NCBI RefSeq assembly: GCF_009914755.1
Contig: NC_060930.1
DNA from: the human T2T-CHM13v2.0 reference genome, Homo sapiens
Direction: 5' to 3' (one strand)
DNA: 64,000 bases
The notes beneath the pieces were generated by a model that saw only the letters and a program-made list of their open reading frames with translations, was not told where the DNA came from and did not search any database. A program made the translations under genes and the position numbers. This document shows, one piece after another, positions 27,068 to 44,615 of this stretch (position 1 is the first letter of the stretch; every line of letters starts with the position of its first letter).

Positions 27068-27218
27068 CTGGTCCGGCATGTCACCACAGGCAAATCCAAG
27101 AAAACAGGAAAGACGTCACAGGGAACACTCCGCAGTGCGGGCACCACCATGTTCACGTTCACCAGGTGTATCTCCAATTGAGAGCCATTGTTGGGGTAAA
27201 GAACACCCAACTCCAAAC
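27068..27218 (-). CDS. PKHD1: PKHD1 exon 4 (151 nt)
   Basis: tag|GT...AG|gtatac; [49 protein letters not shown]. Confidence 0.96.
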
Positions 27219-27853
27219 CTAACACAAGGGAAAGAAATCTCAGGCTGCATAGAATTGTCATTGACACAGGACAGTGTGAAACTGTGCTAAGATCCTGGGG
27301 GTAATGTAAGACATTAAATTTGCCCAAGGATTAAATTAATACTCCTCATTTCCTCATAGATGCTGTATAAAGGAGTTTTCTCATTTATGATTTTATGAAA
27401 GAGTTTTCTCTCTTCAGGTTCACCTAAATCCAGAAAAGAATTTTTCAGCCCTCAGATTTACTCTTTACTCTGCTGGGGATGGATATGCTAAGCAATGGTG
27501 CAGAAGCTCCCAAGTAGAGGACTGTCTTTAAGGAAGATAGCCAAGATTCTGGGAGATGCATTGCTGAGCACTATGCTACACACTTCCATATCATCTCATG
27601 TAGAAATCCCAGAGTCCCATCCCACAGCCTGGAATGGGAAAGTGGACACAGAGTTGTCATGGTATGCTGTGCTTTGCTTCTGTGACATTAGCAAGCCAGT
27701 ATCTAGAAAGACAGAAGTTGGTCAGTCTGTTCGTCTCCCTTCAGGCCCACTTTTACACCTGTCCTTAGAAAAGGAAGAAAACCAAAGACTCATAGTCTTT
27801 AGGATTGTGGGTCAATACATAAGAAATGTGCACTTGGTAAAACCCCAACCTAC

Positions 27854-27931
27854 CATCAAAAATGACTGTGATCCACGTTCCCCCTGCAAGGCTACCTTCT
27901 TCAGGTTCAATATGTAAACTCAGGTGACGTA
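27854..27931 (-). CDS. PKHD1: PKHD1 exon 3 (78 nt)
   Basis: cag|TA...G|gtaggt; [26 protein letters not shown]; Thr36 codon ACG at 27878-27876. Confidence 0.96.
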
Positions 27932-28400
27932 CTGTAAGTAAGTGAAAAAAAACATTGGTTTTGAAGGTCAGATTCAAACCACTACCTTCTGCAATATTTT
28001 AAGCAATATTTAACCTGCCTCAGAATCACCAGAAAGGCTTGATTAAGCACAGGTGGTTGCACCACATCCCCAGAGTTTCTGGTTCCGTAGGTCTGGGGCA
28101 GGCCCAAGAATCTACATTTCTAACCAGGTGCTGCTGGTGTGGGAAACACATCATCAGAAGCCCCATTTTAAGGAAAATTTTGACAAATTCTTCTTATCTT
28201 AGACATTCAAAAACCCTGCACTCATCAGGACAATTCTGAATTTCTACTTCCTTTGGAAAGAGCCTCAAGGACATATTTGGGTCCTAATCAAACCCATACT
28301 GTCTCTCTCTGCTCTCTTTCCCACTCTTTAATCAGGTGGCCATATTTCCCTGTAAAGATCATCAATCATTTCCAGTCCTGGAGAGAAAAAAGGACTTCCA

Positions 28401-28477
28401 TTAGGTTGGTGCAAAAGCAATTGCTGTTTTGCATTCCTTTTAATGGCAAAACTGCGATTACTTTTGCACCAACCTAA
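28401..28477. mobile_element. MADE1 MITE, intron 2 (more diverged)
   Basis: ttaggttggtgcaaaag...cttttgcaccaacctaa TIRs. Confidence 0.9.
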
Positions 28478-29557
28478 TAGAAGCTGTTCCTATTTCAATT
28501 CTCCTGCTCAATATACTGCTTAATATACTAGTTTTCCCTCATGATCAGAATGACTTCCCAAATGAATACAAAATTATCTAGATTCTTGCCTTGCCTGCTT
28601 AGAGAGGGGGTGAAGCATGGATCATTGCTGGAATTTCCTTTTGTTTAAAAAAAAAAAAGGCAGTATAGAATTTATATACTAGGCTAGATTGGATTCTCCT
28701 GTATAGATCACCAGCTAAGCATGGGCCTTAATCTATCCCTCCATCTTTGAAGATGTTCCTGGACAAGTCTTGATGAAGGAAAGGCCAAGTTAAGGAAGCC
28801 AGCAAAAATCATTCAGCTGCTCAGTGAGGTAATAAACAAGGAAAGTGTTACCGACAGAATTATTTATAGTTTCTTTAGAAGAAACTGTGTCTAGCCCAGG
28901 ACTTCCCTGTACAGTTATTCTCATGATGCACTTCACATCTGAAGGTGGTGGGGAACCACGTCACATTAGCACAACCATTTATGGCAGCCCCAGCCAGACT
29001 AGACCATCTTCCAAAGATGATTAGATACTTCTATCTAAAGAAGCCCCAAAACAAAGGCCATAAAAAGATACAGAGGATAACCAAATTCGCAGAGAAAATT
29101 GAACAGATGATTTGAGATAATATAAGCAATCTAATGATTATGACAAGTTAATCTCTTTGGGAAAGTCCGACAGCAAAATCTAAAAAGAATTACATCACAT
29201 AGCCCAAAAGGAATTATAAAAGAAAGGTTATAAGTTATTATTAAAAGCTCTGCACTACAACAATAATCTTCACTGACCATTAAAAATTGAAGTATATAGT
29301 CATAACATTTCAGTATATAACCTCAGCTGTTAAACAGAAAATAAAAACAATTATTCAACATATAATTTAAACCCAAAAGCAAATACCTTAACACCTGCTC
29401 TGAAAACAGTATTTTTAACTCAATTTTTTGATTGGCAAGTTAAAAATGCATATATTTATGGTATACAACCAAAATATTACTTTAAGTTTCAATAATAGTT
29501 CTCAAGGTAACCTATTGTGTTCTTACCTATAATTCCTTCAAAACACATTCTACTGAC

Positions 29558-29609
29558 CTGCCAAAAGTAGTACTTCAATACTCATCAGAGAGATCAGCCA
29601 GGCAGTCAT
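29558..29609 (-). CDS. PKHD1: PKHD1 exon 2 coding part (start codon, signal peptide)
   Basis: ATG at 29609-29607; MTAWLISLMSIEVLLLA then G|gtcagt donor; the 18 exons sum to 1836 nt with consistent phases. Confidence 0.96.
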
Positions 29610-29693
29610 TCTGTCCACTTAAATCAATACTCTTAAGATTGCTCAGACATTAAAAGCATTTTCAGTTTTGATTGGAGCAGCATAGCTTTTGTG
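29610..29693 (-). other. PKHD1: PKHD1 exon 2 5'UTR part (84 nt)
   Basis: T-rich tract plus tataaag| acceptor just 5' of 29693. Confidence 0.85.
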
Positions 29694-30699
29694 CTTTATA
29701 AAAACAAAAAAAGCAAAAAAAAATTATCATTTTGTTTACGTACGATTATTTTGCTGTTCTGAAACCTGGGAAATTAAGGAGATGAGATAAACATGGCCTT
29801 AGTGTCTTCAAATGGAGCCACCATTTTTCCAAGCTCAGGAGAAAAGGATCATCTGAGAACCTTGCATAAAATCATCCCCACTCTGCCCTCCTTGTCCCAC
29901 CAACTTATTTTAAGCTGGATAAATAATAATAACCTCTTTCATTAACTCATTATTGAACAGAAGCTGAGTTTTAAAAAGAATTCTAGAAATTAAAATTCTA
30001 GTTCGTGATAGGGTGAAGTCTGTTTTGCTTTGCCCTGTGCTGGCGTCCAGCTTTCCCTCGTGCTGCTCTCCAGTTTGAACCCTACACTGCAGCCACACGC
30101 CGTTCTCACCGTCACTCAGACAAGCCTTCCACACATCAGCCTCTGCCTTGGCCCCTGCTGGTCCCTTCCTGGATGCCCTCAACTCTCTCCGTGGCCTCAG
30201 GAGATCCTGGCGCACCTTCGTGGTGCTGCTCAGGAGCCCCTCCTCAGCTGATTCTTTCCTCCGCCATTCCAGTGCTCACCACCTTCCCCCTGAACCTCTA
30301 ACTTCCGTGCTGTAGAGCCTAGACCAGATAATGTGGCACACATAGGCCTCTTCTTCCAGACGGCACGTTCCTTGAAGAGACCCAGGAACCAGTCTTCTAT
30401 TTCCACAGCCTTCCTAGTGTGAAAGTGTGAAGGTCCCACACAGCGCTCAGTACATTGGAGTGGATGAAGACATATTTGAATACCCTAAATCTGGGTTTAC
30501 CTAATCTGAGATGAACAGCTTTCACTCTCATGCCTGCTCTAAGGAAAGTGCTGAGCTGCTCTCCAGCACCTCATGGCAGAGGGCATCGACAAAATCCTCT
30601 TAAAAATAGTGCCTCTGAAATTTTCTGAAAGTTTGAAAATTACAGAATTAAACACCCACATGTACTACTAAATACACGTTTAATATATATTTAATTATG

Positions 30700-31090
<391 letters not shown>

Positions 31091-32112
31091 TTTAATTTAT
31101 ATTTTTAAGAAAACACTGAGATTAGCAGAAGTAGTTACATCATTTCTGAAAATATAAAAGCTACAATATACTCCCCCCCTCAAAAAAAAAATCTGCAAAA
31201 ACTTTGCAATAAACTCACCTTACGGGCATGTTCTGATTGAGACAGCTGGAAATCTATAATCATTTCTATTTAATTCAACACTGCAAACATTTATTGTATG
31301 CCCACTACGTGCTAAGCACTATACTAAAAGTTGGGAAAACAAACAATCTATGTACCTGCCCCCGAGTCATTACCAGATAGGGTAAGTGTGGAGGCTACTT
31401 GGATTTAAGAAAGGAATTCTAGTATTTTCAAGTGGATTCAGCAAGTGTTCCTTTTCGTTGCAAAATTCCCAAACTTTTACGTCTATTTGAAATAGAATTC
31501 AACTTATAAATATACAACTTTCAGAATACATCTACCACATAGGGAAAAGTACCCAAGCGTATTTGCTGCTTAGTCCAAAAGCATGAGATCTGACTTGCTT
31601 GTTACACAGACAAAATATACTCAGCACAGGAGAGTCTATTTTCAATCTGGCTACGTGATTTTAACATTTCTTCTTAATGCCTACTCCCAAGCTCAGAACA
31701 ATAGAAATAAACATTCGCACACTGGTTTTCTTAAAACCCTACATTTGGAACTGCATCTTTTTCATGTCAATTATAAATGTAATTTTTTATTAGTCTATCC
31801 ACTAATTCTTCCTAAAAATAAACTCAGACTCTCTTTATTTCTCATAACTAAAATTTTTCAACCACAGAGGAGAGCTGTGTGCATTTATTTAGTCATGTTT
31901 TTGTTCTCCTCTCTCTCTCTCCTCTCTCTGCTCTCACTCCCTCTTCCCTTCTTCCTCCCTTCCCTCTCAGCTTCTCCTTTGGGACATCGAGGGACAAAGT
32001 TGCAAGGCACTACTATAGATCTCCCATTTCTTCCTTTTGTTCACCAGAACGTTAACAAGAGATACAACACCTAGAAAACAGAGAGCAGAGACTTTTCTGG
32101 ATCAAACAGTAC

Positions 32113-32300
32113 CTTTTTTTTCTGTTTCTGTCTCCTTGTGACTCAAGGGAGAAATGATCCTTTCTTTCTAAGTGATCTTATTTCTCTCTGTCAAGAATCC
32201 GTGGACATGTTATCTGGTTAGAGCTCAGCCTGCAGCCACCACGCAGGTAACTCACTCACGTTAGACTATAACTCACCTAACTCGTTTGTGTCCCAGCCAA
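32113..32300 (-). other. PKHD1: PKHD1 non-coding exon 1 (5' end approximate)
   Basis: AAAAG|gtactg donor at 32113, just downstream of the HNF1 site; PKHD1 is known to have a non-coding first exon. The TSS cannot be fixed from sequence alone. Confidence 0.7.
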
Positions 32301-32341
32301 ATGTGTACCAGAGTAAAAGTTCAGACCTGACCATGGGTAAG

Positions 32342-32354
32342 TTTAATGATTAAC
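32342..32354. promoter_or_regulatory. HNF1 (HNF1B) binding site, PKHD1 proximal promoter
   Basis: TTTAATGATTAAC is a 12/13 match to the palindromic GTTAATNATTAAC; HNF1B control of Pkhd1 through a proximal site is established. Promoter is CpG-poor with no clear TATA. Confidence 0.85.
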
Positions 32355-34499
32355 ATAAGCCACTCAGGCTTTTTCCTCAGGGCTTGTTAGTAATGACCAA
32401 AGGAAAAGTGTCTTACATTTTTCTCCACTTACTGCATGTGCCCCAGATAAGAATTTTAAGTAAAAGTCCACCCAGTGAGACAAACAGGCATTCAACATTG
32501 AAAGAATTTGCCAGCAAATCAGCGATTGAACAGAGGGCTCAAGAGAAAGGACCACTAGAGGGCAGATCCCCATTCATGAACAGTCTCTCACTCTTCATCC
32601 CGAAGAGTGACTCGTAAATACCAGGTTATGGGCTGTTATTCATATACCCACTGTAGGGGTATGGGTCTAAAGAAGTACAGAAGGGAAGTAACTTGGTCCA
32701 AGTCTTGCTGAGAAAGGGTTGATTGATTCTCTTCATTTTTCTACTCCTCATCCTCCCTCTTGACCTTGCTTTTTTAACCAAGAGGAGGTCCTTGACTTGT
32801 ACTCATCACCCTCCAGTCGTACCCAGACCATGGGCCTCAGTCATCGGTTGAACTGGTGGGCCTAGGAAGGTCAACAACACCTTCTTACTTGGTCCATGTC
32901 TGACTTCTCTGTTCCTGTCCCACTGCCCATTCTGATTCACATCCCCCAATTCCTGATCATGTTTGTCTACGTCTGGCAATACCTGACCAGAAGACGTCCT
33001 TATCTTCTATCCTCTCCCTTTCCTTTGAGGGAGAAGTCATTTTGGTAAAATTTGATAGCCCTGAGTCTCCACCTTCAAGGACCAGCAGTAGACCTGGAGA
33101 AGCATCTCCAGCAAAACCAGATTAAAGCCATGGAAATACGACCACAACTCTGATGACAGTAGTAAAACTATCCTCTAGAAAGTGTGGAAGTTTACATCAA
33201 CTCTGCTGTATATCACAGTTTGGCAACCCGTGACAAGCTGAAAAATTTTTGTAGCCCTGAAGCTAGTGGTGTAGAGAGAGGGTGCTTGGCCAGATTGGGG
33301 CAGGTAGGGGGTCAGTCACCCCACCACCCTGCCTGCCTGCTGAACCTCTCTCAGTTTCCACTCTGGATCTCTTCCATGCAGGTCAACAAGCATCATTTGA
33401 ACCACATTTGTGTGCCTGGCATGTGGGTAATGGGAAGGAGGGGGAAGACTAGTTTGGGGGTAAAGGAGATTTCAACATTATTAGTAACTTTTATTTTTAT
33501 AAAAATGATATGAATCACTTAGATAATTCAAAGTTATATTTTTAAAGAGTATGACACAGTTTCTGCCTTCAAACTGCTTACCATCTGGCAGAGGAGACAG
33601 AAATATAATCAGATTATTTTATTATATTGTAGAGTCTCCTGATAAGTTTCCTAAGACTTATGTTTTATTTCTTGTTATTTCAACAAGAGGTTTCCATAAA
33701 TTAGCCCCACATCTATCCTTGGCTAAATGGCCTATAATAAATATTTATAAGTATTTTTGGCAGCCTAGCTATCAAGGCCGCATCCTAAAATCACCCCAAT
33801 TTTCTTATGAGGAGACAGCCACCTCTCTACTATGGACTAAAAGAATCCTAATGACACCCAGGACTTTGGTTTCTGTGCTCTGTGTTATAGGTATTTCGTG
33901 GTGGACAATCAAGCTCTATTGTAAAAGAAATAAAGGACAATGAATCATTTCTTGCCTTGAGGCCTAAAAGGAAATGTTGTAGAACTCTAGAGAAAGTGGC
34001 TATACCACATGAAGCTTTGGGGAGCCTCCAGTATTCCTGTCATTGGGATATGTCCATGGAATATAAGCCCCTTACACTCCAAAGCCTCTTTCACATAGAA
34101 ATTCTAAAGCCTTGAGCTCAAGTCTCTGAAAATGCTTCTCAGGAGGCAGGCTGAGCACCATTTCTCTGCTATTCCAAGGAGGGTAGCCATGCCCACCACA
34201 GACATTGACAACACTCTACAAGAAGTAATTCCTATGAGTGCTTATAAAATTCTCAGCACAAAAATTGTTACTCAGGCCTATGATGCAAACTCAGGGAGGT
34301 CAGGAGAGAGGGTTAATCTCTGACCCCTTTCTCTTGGATTCTAACACTGCTCTGAATTCCTGGAAAACTGTGGGGGCCCATGAGAATGCACCTTGCAGAT
34401 CTCCAATTACAAGAAGCATAAAAGATCAAGGGCCTAGTTTCTTTGCCATAAAATTCATCACTGCATTTGGACCAAGGCCACGCTTCTACATGCTGCTCC

Positions 34500-35455
34500 C
34501 AGCCAAGGACTGAGTGTGGAAGGATAGTAAGACAGGTCCATCCAGAGGAGACACAGGACTCCTCCAACAGCAACTTTGCCTTAAAGCCTGCCTGATGACC
34601 TTGCTGAACCTTCCTAGAGTATGTGGCAACCTAGGATGCTTCCACCCCCTCTCTTTCACTGTGGTCAGACTGGCAGCTTGCCCAGTGTTCTCCAGTTCCA
34701 ACCCATCTTTTCTCACAGGCACCACCTTAATAAAATCCTTGCACGTTTCATCCTGTTTCAGCATCTGCTTCTCAGAGGACCCAGACTAACACAGGAACCC
34801 TGTGGTAGGAGAACACTATTGATAGGCACTTTGGACTTTGCATTAGTGGCCCCAGGAATGGTGTCAATTGTGAAGAGTCTTTAGAAGGGTTCACAGGCTA
34901 TGGATATTAAACAAAGGAAGCCAGAATAGAAGAGGAAGGACAAAATGAGCATCATCTAAGAAACTCTGAAATTAGCATGCTGGATACCTTTCATTTAACC
35001 CTCCAGACCTACTCTCTACCCTTCTCCACCCTGCTGTGTGCCCTTGGAAGGTGACCTGTGTGGGCTGCACCAATGCACTTATTGCCCACAAGTGTTTCAC
35101 AAATGGAGGCCACAACCAGGAACCCAGAGGAAGGGGCAGAGAGACAAGATGTGATAAGAGTATTTTCCCCCACTTCCATCCCTACTAGATCTCAGCTTCT
35201 GACAGAGGGGCCTTTCCATATAGCACCCTCACTCTCATTCTCTCACTCTCTCTGCAGGTTCTAGTGCCCCTCCTCTCTTTATTTCTTCAGGCCTAAGGGT
35301 GGTAACAGGTCCTACTGTTCCTAGCTTGCATACACTGCACCATCCCTTCTTGCTCTTCCTGAACCTTGGCCACACCTCTTAGAAATAATTTCTTTATTAA
35401 TTTTTCAGTCTACACATGCCATCTCTCTAGGTCCTAATGAGACCCTAACTAGAAT
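34500..35455. mobile_element. Old ERVL/MaLR LTR relics (two adjacent)
   Basis: aataaa...tctcagaggacccagactaacaca LTR-type end near 34792; second LTR-like block to ~35455. Confidence 0.45.
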
Positions 35456-35838
35456 AGATAAGCTCTAAGAGATAGCTAAGTTCACACATGGGTCAATGTA
35501 GAGTTCAAAGCCATCAAAATGTGGGTGCAACTATAAATATGCCCCCATGTGTATGCATAGGCTGATGATGCCAGCCAACACTGAAGTTATACACATCGTT
35601 CCCAAACAGGATGGTATGGTTCTTTTTTTTTTTTTTTATACTTTAAGTTTTAGGGTACATGTGCACAATGTGCAGGTTAGTTACATATGTATACATGTGC
35701 CATGCTGGTGTGCTGCACCATTAACTCGTCATTTAGCATTAGGTATATCTCCTAATGCTATCCCACCCCCCTTCCCCCACCCCACAACAGGCCCCAGAGT
35801 GTGATGTTCCCCTTCCTGTGTCCATGTGTTCTCATTGT

Positions 35839-39668
<3,830 letters not shown>

Positions 39669-39731
39669 TATGATGTTAGCTGGTTATTTTGCTCGTTAGT
39701 TGATGCAGTTTCTTCCTAGCCTTGACGGTCT

Positions 39732-40747
39732 TTACAATTTGGCATGATTTTGCAGTGGCTGGTACCAGTTGTTCCTTTCCATGTTTAGTGCTTCCTTCAG
39801 GAGCTCTTGTAGGGCAGGCCTGGTGGTGACAAAATCTCTCAGCATTTGCTTGTCTGTAAAATATTTTATTTCTCCTTCACTTGTGAAGCTTAGTTTGGCT
39901 GGGTATGAAATTCTGGGTTGAAAATTCTTTTCTTTAAGAATGTTGAATATTGGCCCCCACTCTCTTCTGGCTTGTAGAGTTTCTGCCGAGAGATCCACTG
40001 TTAGTCTGATGGGCTTCCCTTTGAGGGTAACCCGACCTTTCTCTCTGGCTGCCCTTAATATTTTTTCCTTCATTTCAACTTTGGTGAATCTGACAATTAT
40101 GTGTCTTGGAGTTGCTCTTCTTGAGGAGTATCTTTGTGGCATTCTCTGTATTTCCTGAATCTGAATGTTGGCCTGCCTTGCTAGATTGGGGAAGTTCTCC
40201 TGGATAATATCCTGCAGAGTGTTTTCCAACTTGATTCCATTCTCCCCGTCACTTTCAGGTACACCAATCAGACATAGATTTGGTCTTTTCACATAGTCCC
40301 ATATTTCTTGGAGGCCTTGTTTGTTTCTTTTTATTCTTTTTTCTCTAAACTTCCCTTCTCGCTTCATTTCATTCACTTCATCTTCCATCACTGATACCCT
40401 TTCTTCCAGTTGATTGCATCAGCTCCTGAGGCTTCTGCATTCTTCACGTAAGTTCTCGAGGCTTGGCTTTCAGTTCCGTCAGCTCCTGTAAGCACTTTTC
40501 TATTGGTTATTCTAGTTATATATTCATCTAAATTTTTTTCAAAGTTTTTAACTTCTTTGCCTTTGGTTTGAATTTCCTCCTGTAGCTCGGAGTAGTTTGA
40601 TTGTCTGAAGCCTTCTTCTCTCAGCTCATCAAAGTCATTCTCCATCCAGCTTTGTTCCATTGCTGGTGAGAAACTGTGTTCCTTTGGAGGAGGAGAGGCG
40701 CTCTGCTTCTTAGAGTTTCCAGTTTTTCTGCTCTGCTTTTTCCCCAT
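39732..40747 (-). pseudogene. L1 ORF1p, frameshifted
   Basis: MGKKQSRKTGNSK... and ...QPLQNHAKL lie in different frames; 1016 nt is not divisible by 3. Confidence 0.93.
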
Positions 40748-41330
40748 CTTTGTGGTTTTATCTACTTTTGGTCTTTGATGATGGTGATGTACAGATGGGT
40801 TTTTGGTGTGGATGTCCCTTCTGTTTGTTAGTTTTCCTTCTAACAGACAGGATCCTCAGCTGCAGGTCTGTTGGAGTTTGCTAGAGGTCCACTCCAGACC
40901 CTGTTTGCCTGGGTATCAGCAGCGGTGGCTGCAAAACAGTGGATTTTCATGAACCGCAAATGCTGCTGTCTGATCATTCCTCTGGAAGTTTTGTCTCAGA
41001 GGAGTCCCCGGCTGTGTGAGGTGTCAGTCTGCCCCTACTGGGGGGTGCCTCCCAGTTAGGCTGCTCGGGGGTCAGGGGTCAGTCACCCACCTCAGGAGGC
41101 AGTCTGCCTGTTCTCAGATCTCTAGCTGTGTGCTGGGAGAACCACTGCTCTCTTCAAAACTGTCAGACAGGGACATTTAAGTCTGCAGAGGTTACTGCTG
41201 TCTTTTTGTTTGTCTGTGCCTTGCCCCCAGAGGTGGAGCCTACAGAGACAGGCAGGCCTCCTTGAGCTGTGGTGGGCTCCACCCAGTTCGAGCTTCCCAG
41301 CTGCTTTGTTTACCTAAGCAAGCCTTGGCA

Positions 41331-41801
41331 ATGGCGGGCGCCCCTCCCCCTGCCTCGCTGCTGCCTTGCAGTTTGATCTCAGACTGCTGTGCTAGCAATC
41401 AGCAAGACTCCATGGGAGTAGGATCCTCCAAGCCATGTGTGGGATATAATCTCCTGGTGTGCCGTTTTTTAAGCCCGTCAGTAAAGCGCAGTATTAGGGT
41501 GGGAGTGACCCGATTTTCCAGGTGCTGTCTGTCACCCCTTTCTTTGACTAGGAAAGGGAACTCCCTGACCCCTTGCTCTTCCCGAGTGAGGCAATGCCTC
41601 GCCCTGCTTCAGCTTGAGCACGGTGCGCTGCACCCACTGTCCTGCGCCCACTGTCTGGCACTCCCTAGTAAGGTGAACCCGGTACCTCAGATGGAAATGC
41701 AGAAATCACCCGTCTTCTGCGTCGCTCAAGCTGGGAGCTGTAGACCAGAGCTGTTCCTGTTCGGCCATCTTGGCTGCCTCCCAGGATGGTATGGTTCTTA
41801 A
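41331..41801 (+). other. L1 antisense ORF0, C-terminally extended (156 aa)
   Basis: MAGAPPPASLLPCSLISDCCASNQ... is the ORF0 N-terminus; frame stays open into the TSD. Confidence 0.75.
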
Positions 41802-42928
41802 GGAAAAAAATTTATTTGTATCCCTTCATATCCCAAAACATTTTGCCCTGTACCTTATATAGAGTAGGTACACAGTAACATGGATAGGAATGTGTTAGGA
41901 ACCAATTTGAGGAAAAGCACTCTGGAGTGGATGAAGGCAACAAAAGTCAAATATAGGTTTTAAGTGGAAACTAAGAATGTTCAACGCTTTTTTGCTCTTT
42001 TATCTTTCTCCTCATCAAACTTGTTTTATTATGTTCTCTTCAACTTATAGGCATTTCTGACAGAAGGCAGGTGGGTAATCCAGAGAGCAGAACACCAGGA
42101 TGGCCCCTTTATCTAGGTGAGAGCTTCACTGGGCAGGAGGGGCCCTGAATTTCCTATTCTTCTGCAGGCTCATCCCATGGCGCTGTGGCCCAGCTATACC
42201 CTCATATTCTCTGCAGCATCAGAATCCTCCCCAGGAAATTCCCCTTTTACATGTCTGGGACTGAGCCAACTTCCTCCTTCCTTTTTCTCAAATTTTCTCT
42301 GTCTCCTTTCTTGATGGAGACACAAAACTCAGGCAATTACATTCCCTACGGTTTAATGTCATATTTCCGATTAAATTGAGACCCTAAGATAATGAGTACA
42401 TAGACCCAAATTTGTAGGGAAAATACATCGGTTCCACCAGAAGTTCTAAGCTATGTGTAAAATATTTACTTTAGACAAAGTTTATTTTTAAGTTTCTTTA
42501 GACAAGTTTTCTTTCCCTTGTCTACTACTAAGTAAAACTACTCAAAAGTAATTTATCATTATTGCCTCTGTCCTAAGTCCTTTTTGCTCATTAACTTATT
42601 TTGAGAACAATGATTCCTCTTATCCAGAAGTCAAACAGTGGTGACCTCCATCCTGAAAAGTCCTGAAAACCTGATGAAAAGTCTTGAAAACCAACAAGGC
42701 CACTGGGCAGCACAGGTGCAAATAGCTTACAAAGCCCTAGTGGGTGGCATTGAAATACAGATAGTTCCTCGCTACGACAAGTAGAGCAACTGGCTACTCT
42801 TAACATGCCGTGGTCTGGGGCTCCAGCGCCATACACTGCAACTGCCCTGAGGTCATCACTGGTTTACAACACTCAACATAAATAGTTCATAGTGGTGACA
42901 TAGAGTCATCAGAAAACTACAAAATTAA

Positions 42929-43240
42929 GGCCAGGCGCAGTGGCTTACACCTGTAATCCCAGCACTTTGGGAGGCTGAGGCAGGTGGATTGCTTGAGCTC
43001 AGGCATTCGAGACCAGCCTAGCCAACATGGCAAAACCCTGTATCTACTAAAAATACAAAAAATTAGCCAGGCATGGTGCTGTGCACGTATAATCCCAGCA
43101 ACTCAGGAACTGAGGCGGGAGAATCACTTGAATCCGGGAGGAGGAGGCTGCAGTGAGCCGAGATTGTACCACTGTACTCCAGCCTGGGCGACAGAGTGAG
43201 ACCCTGTCTCAAAAAAATAATAATAAAATAAAATAAAAAG
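42929..43240 (+). mobile_element. Alu (S/J)
   Basis: ggccaggcgcagtggcttac... dimer plus A-rich tail. Confidence 0.9.
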
Positions 43241-44292
43241 AAAGCTATGAAATCAAGTTCACATTTAACTATAAGGTGACCAGCTGTCCCAGTCTGCCTG
43301 AGCCTGGGAGCTTTCCCAAGACCCAGAACTTTTAGTGCTAAAAGAGGGAAAGTCTCAGATGGTTAATCACCCTGCATCTGAGAAAGCAGGGAAATAAGTT
43401 CAATACACTTTAGACAGATCTTATTCCAGAAAAATTAAACATTTTCTAAAACACTTGGCACTCAAAGCTGGTAGACCTCTGTTGCTCACAAAATTCATTG
43501 AAGTGGAGTAACTCAATCTCTGCCATGTCAGATAAAATAGATGTTGCAATATCCAGTGTTTTCCAGACCACAGAAACATTTTCTTTGAATTCGGTGCCTC
43601 TGTGAGAGATGTGGGCAAAACAACATATGTCAGTTTCTGAATTGCAATACAACTCCTTCTCCCAGGGTTCAGCAGAATTTAAAATAAATCATACCAGCAG
43701 GGAGCAGCAGCACAAAAGCAATTAATTTTTTTCTAGTTTGATACCATCTTACTATCTGAGGTCCAGGAGCCCCACTGAGATTTCTGAAGTGCATCTCACA
43801 CTTAGTTTTAAAATTATGAGTGACATTGAAGTCATACATTTCTGCAGCTCAGTGGAATGCTTGCTTTAGGAGCAGAATTTTATGATCCTGTCAAATTTTT
43901 TTATCTTAAAGAAGACTGTTTAAAAAATGGAAGAAACATTTGCCCCTTCTCTGGCAAATGTTGCACAGCTGACAAAACAGCATCGAGTCCAATACCTGAT
44001 ATGAGGGACATATAAACAATGAAATCAAGTGGACTCCAAAAATCTAGAGGTAAGACTGCCTTCACACCTAAATGATGAAAACAACAAGTAATGGATCAAA
44101 TTGCTTAGTAAGACTTAAAGCTGTCCATATAGTGTAGAAAACCTTTCAAACAGACTGTTTGTGAAGATGAGGAGTATAGCGGTTTTAATTAAACGGTCAC
44201 AAATTATTTGTCAATTATCTCATTGAAAGGTGGGATCTGTATCTCCCTCCTCCTGAATCTGGATGGACTTGAGACTCACTGAAAGCCAATAG

Positions 44293-44615
<323 letters not shown>

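Noticed and set aside
31583-32074. 163-aa + strand ORF near the promoter
   Set aside because: Runs through a CT-rich low-complexity tract that lacks stops; no homology evident.
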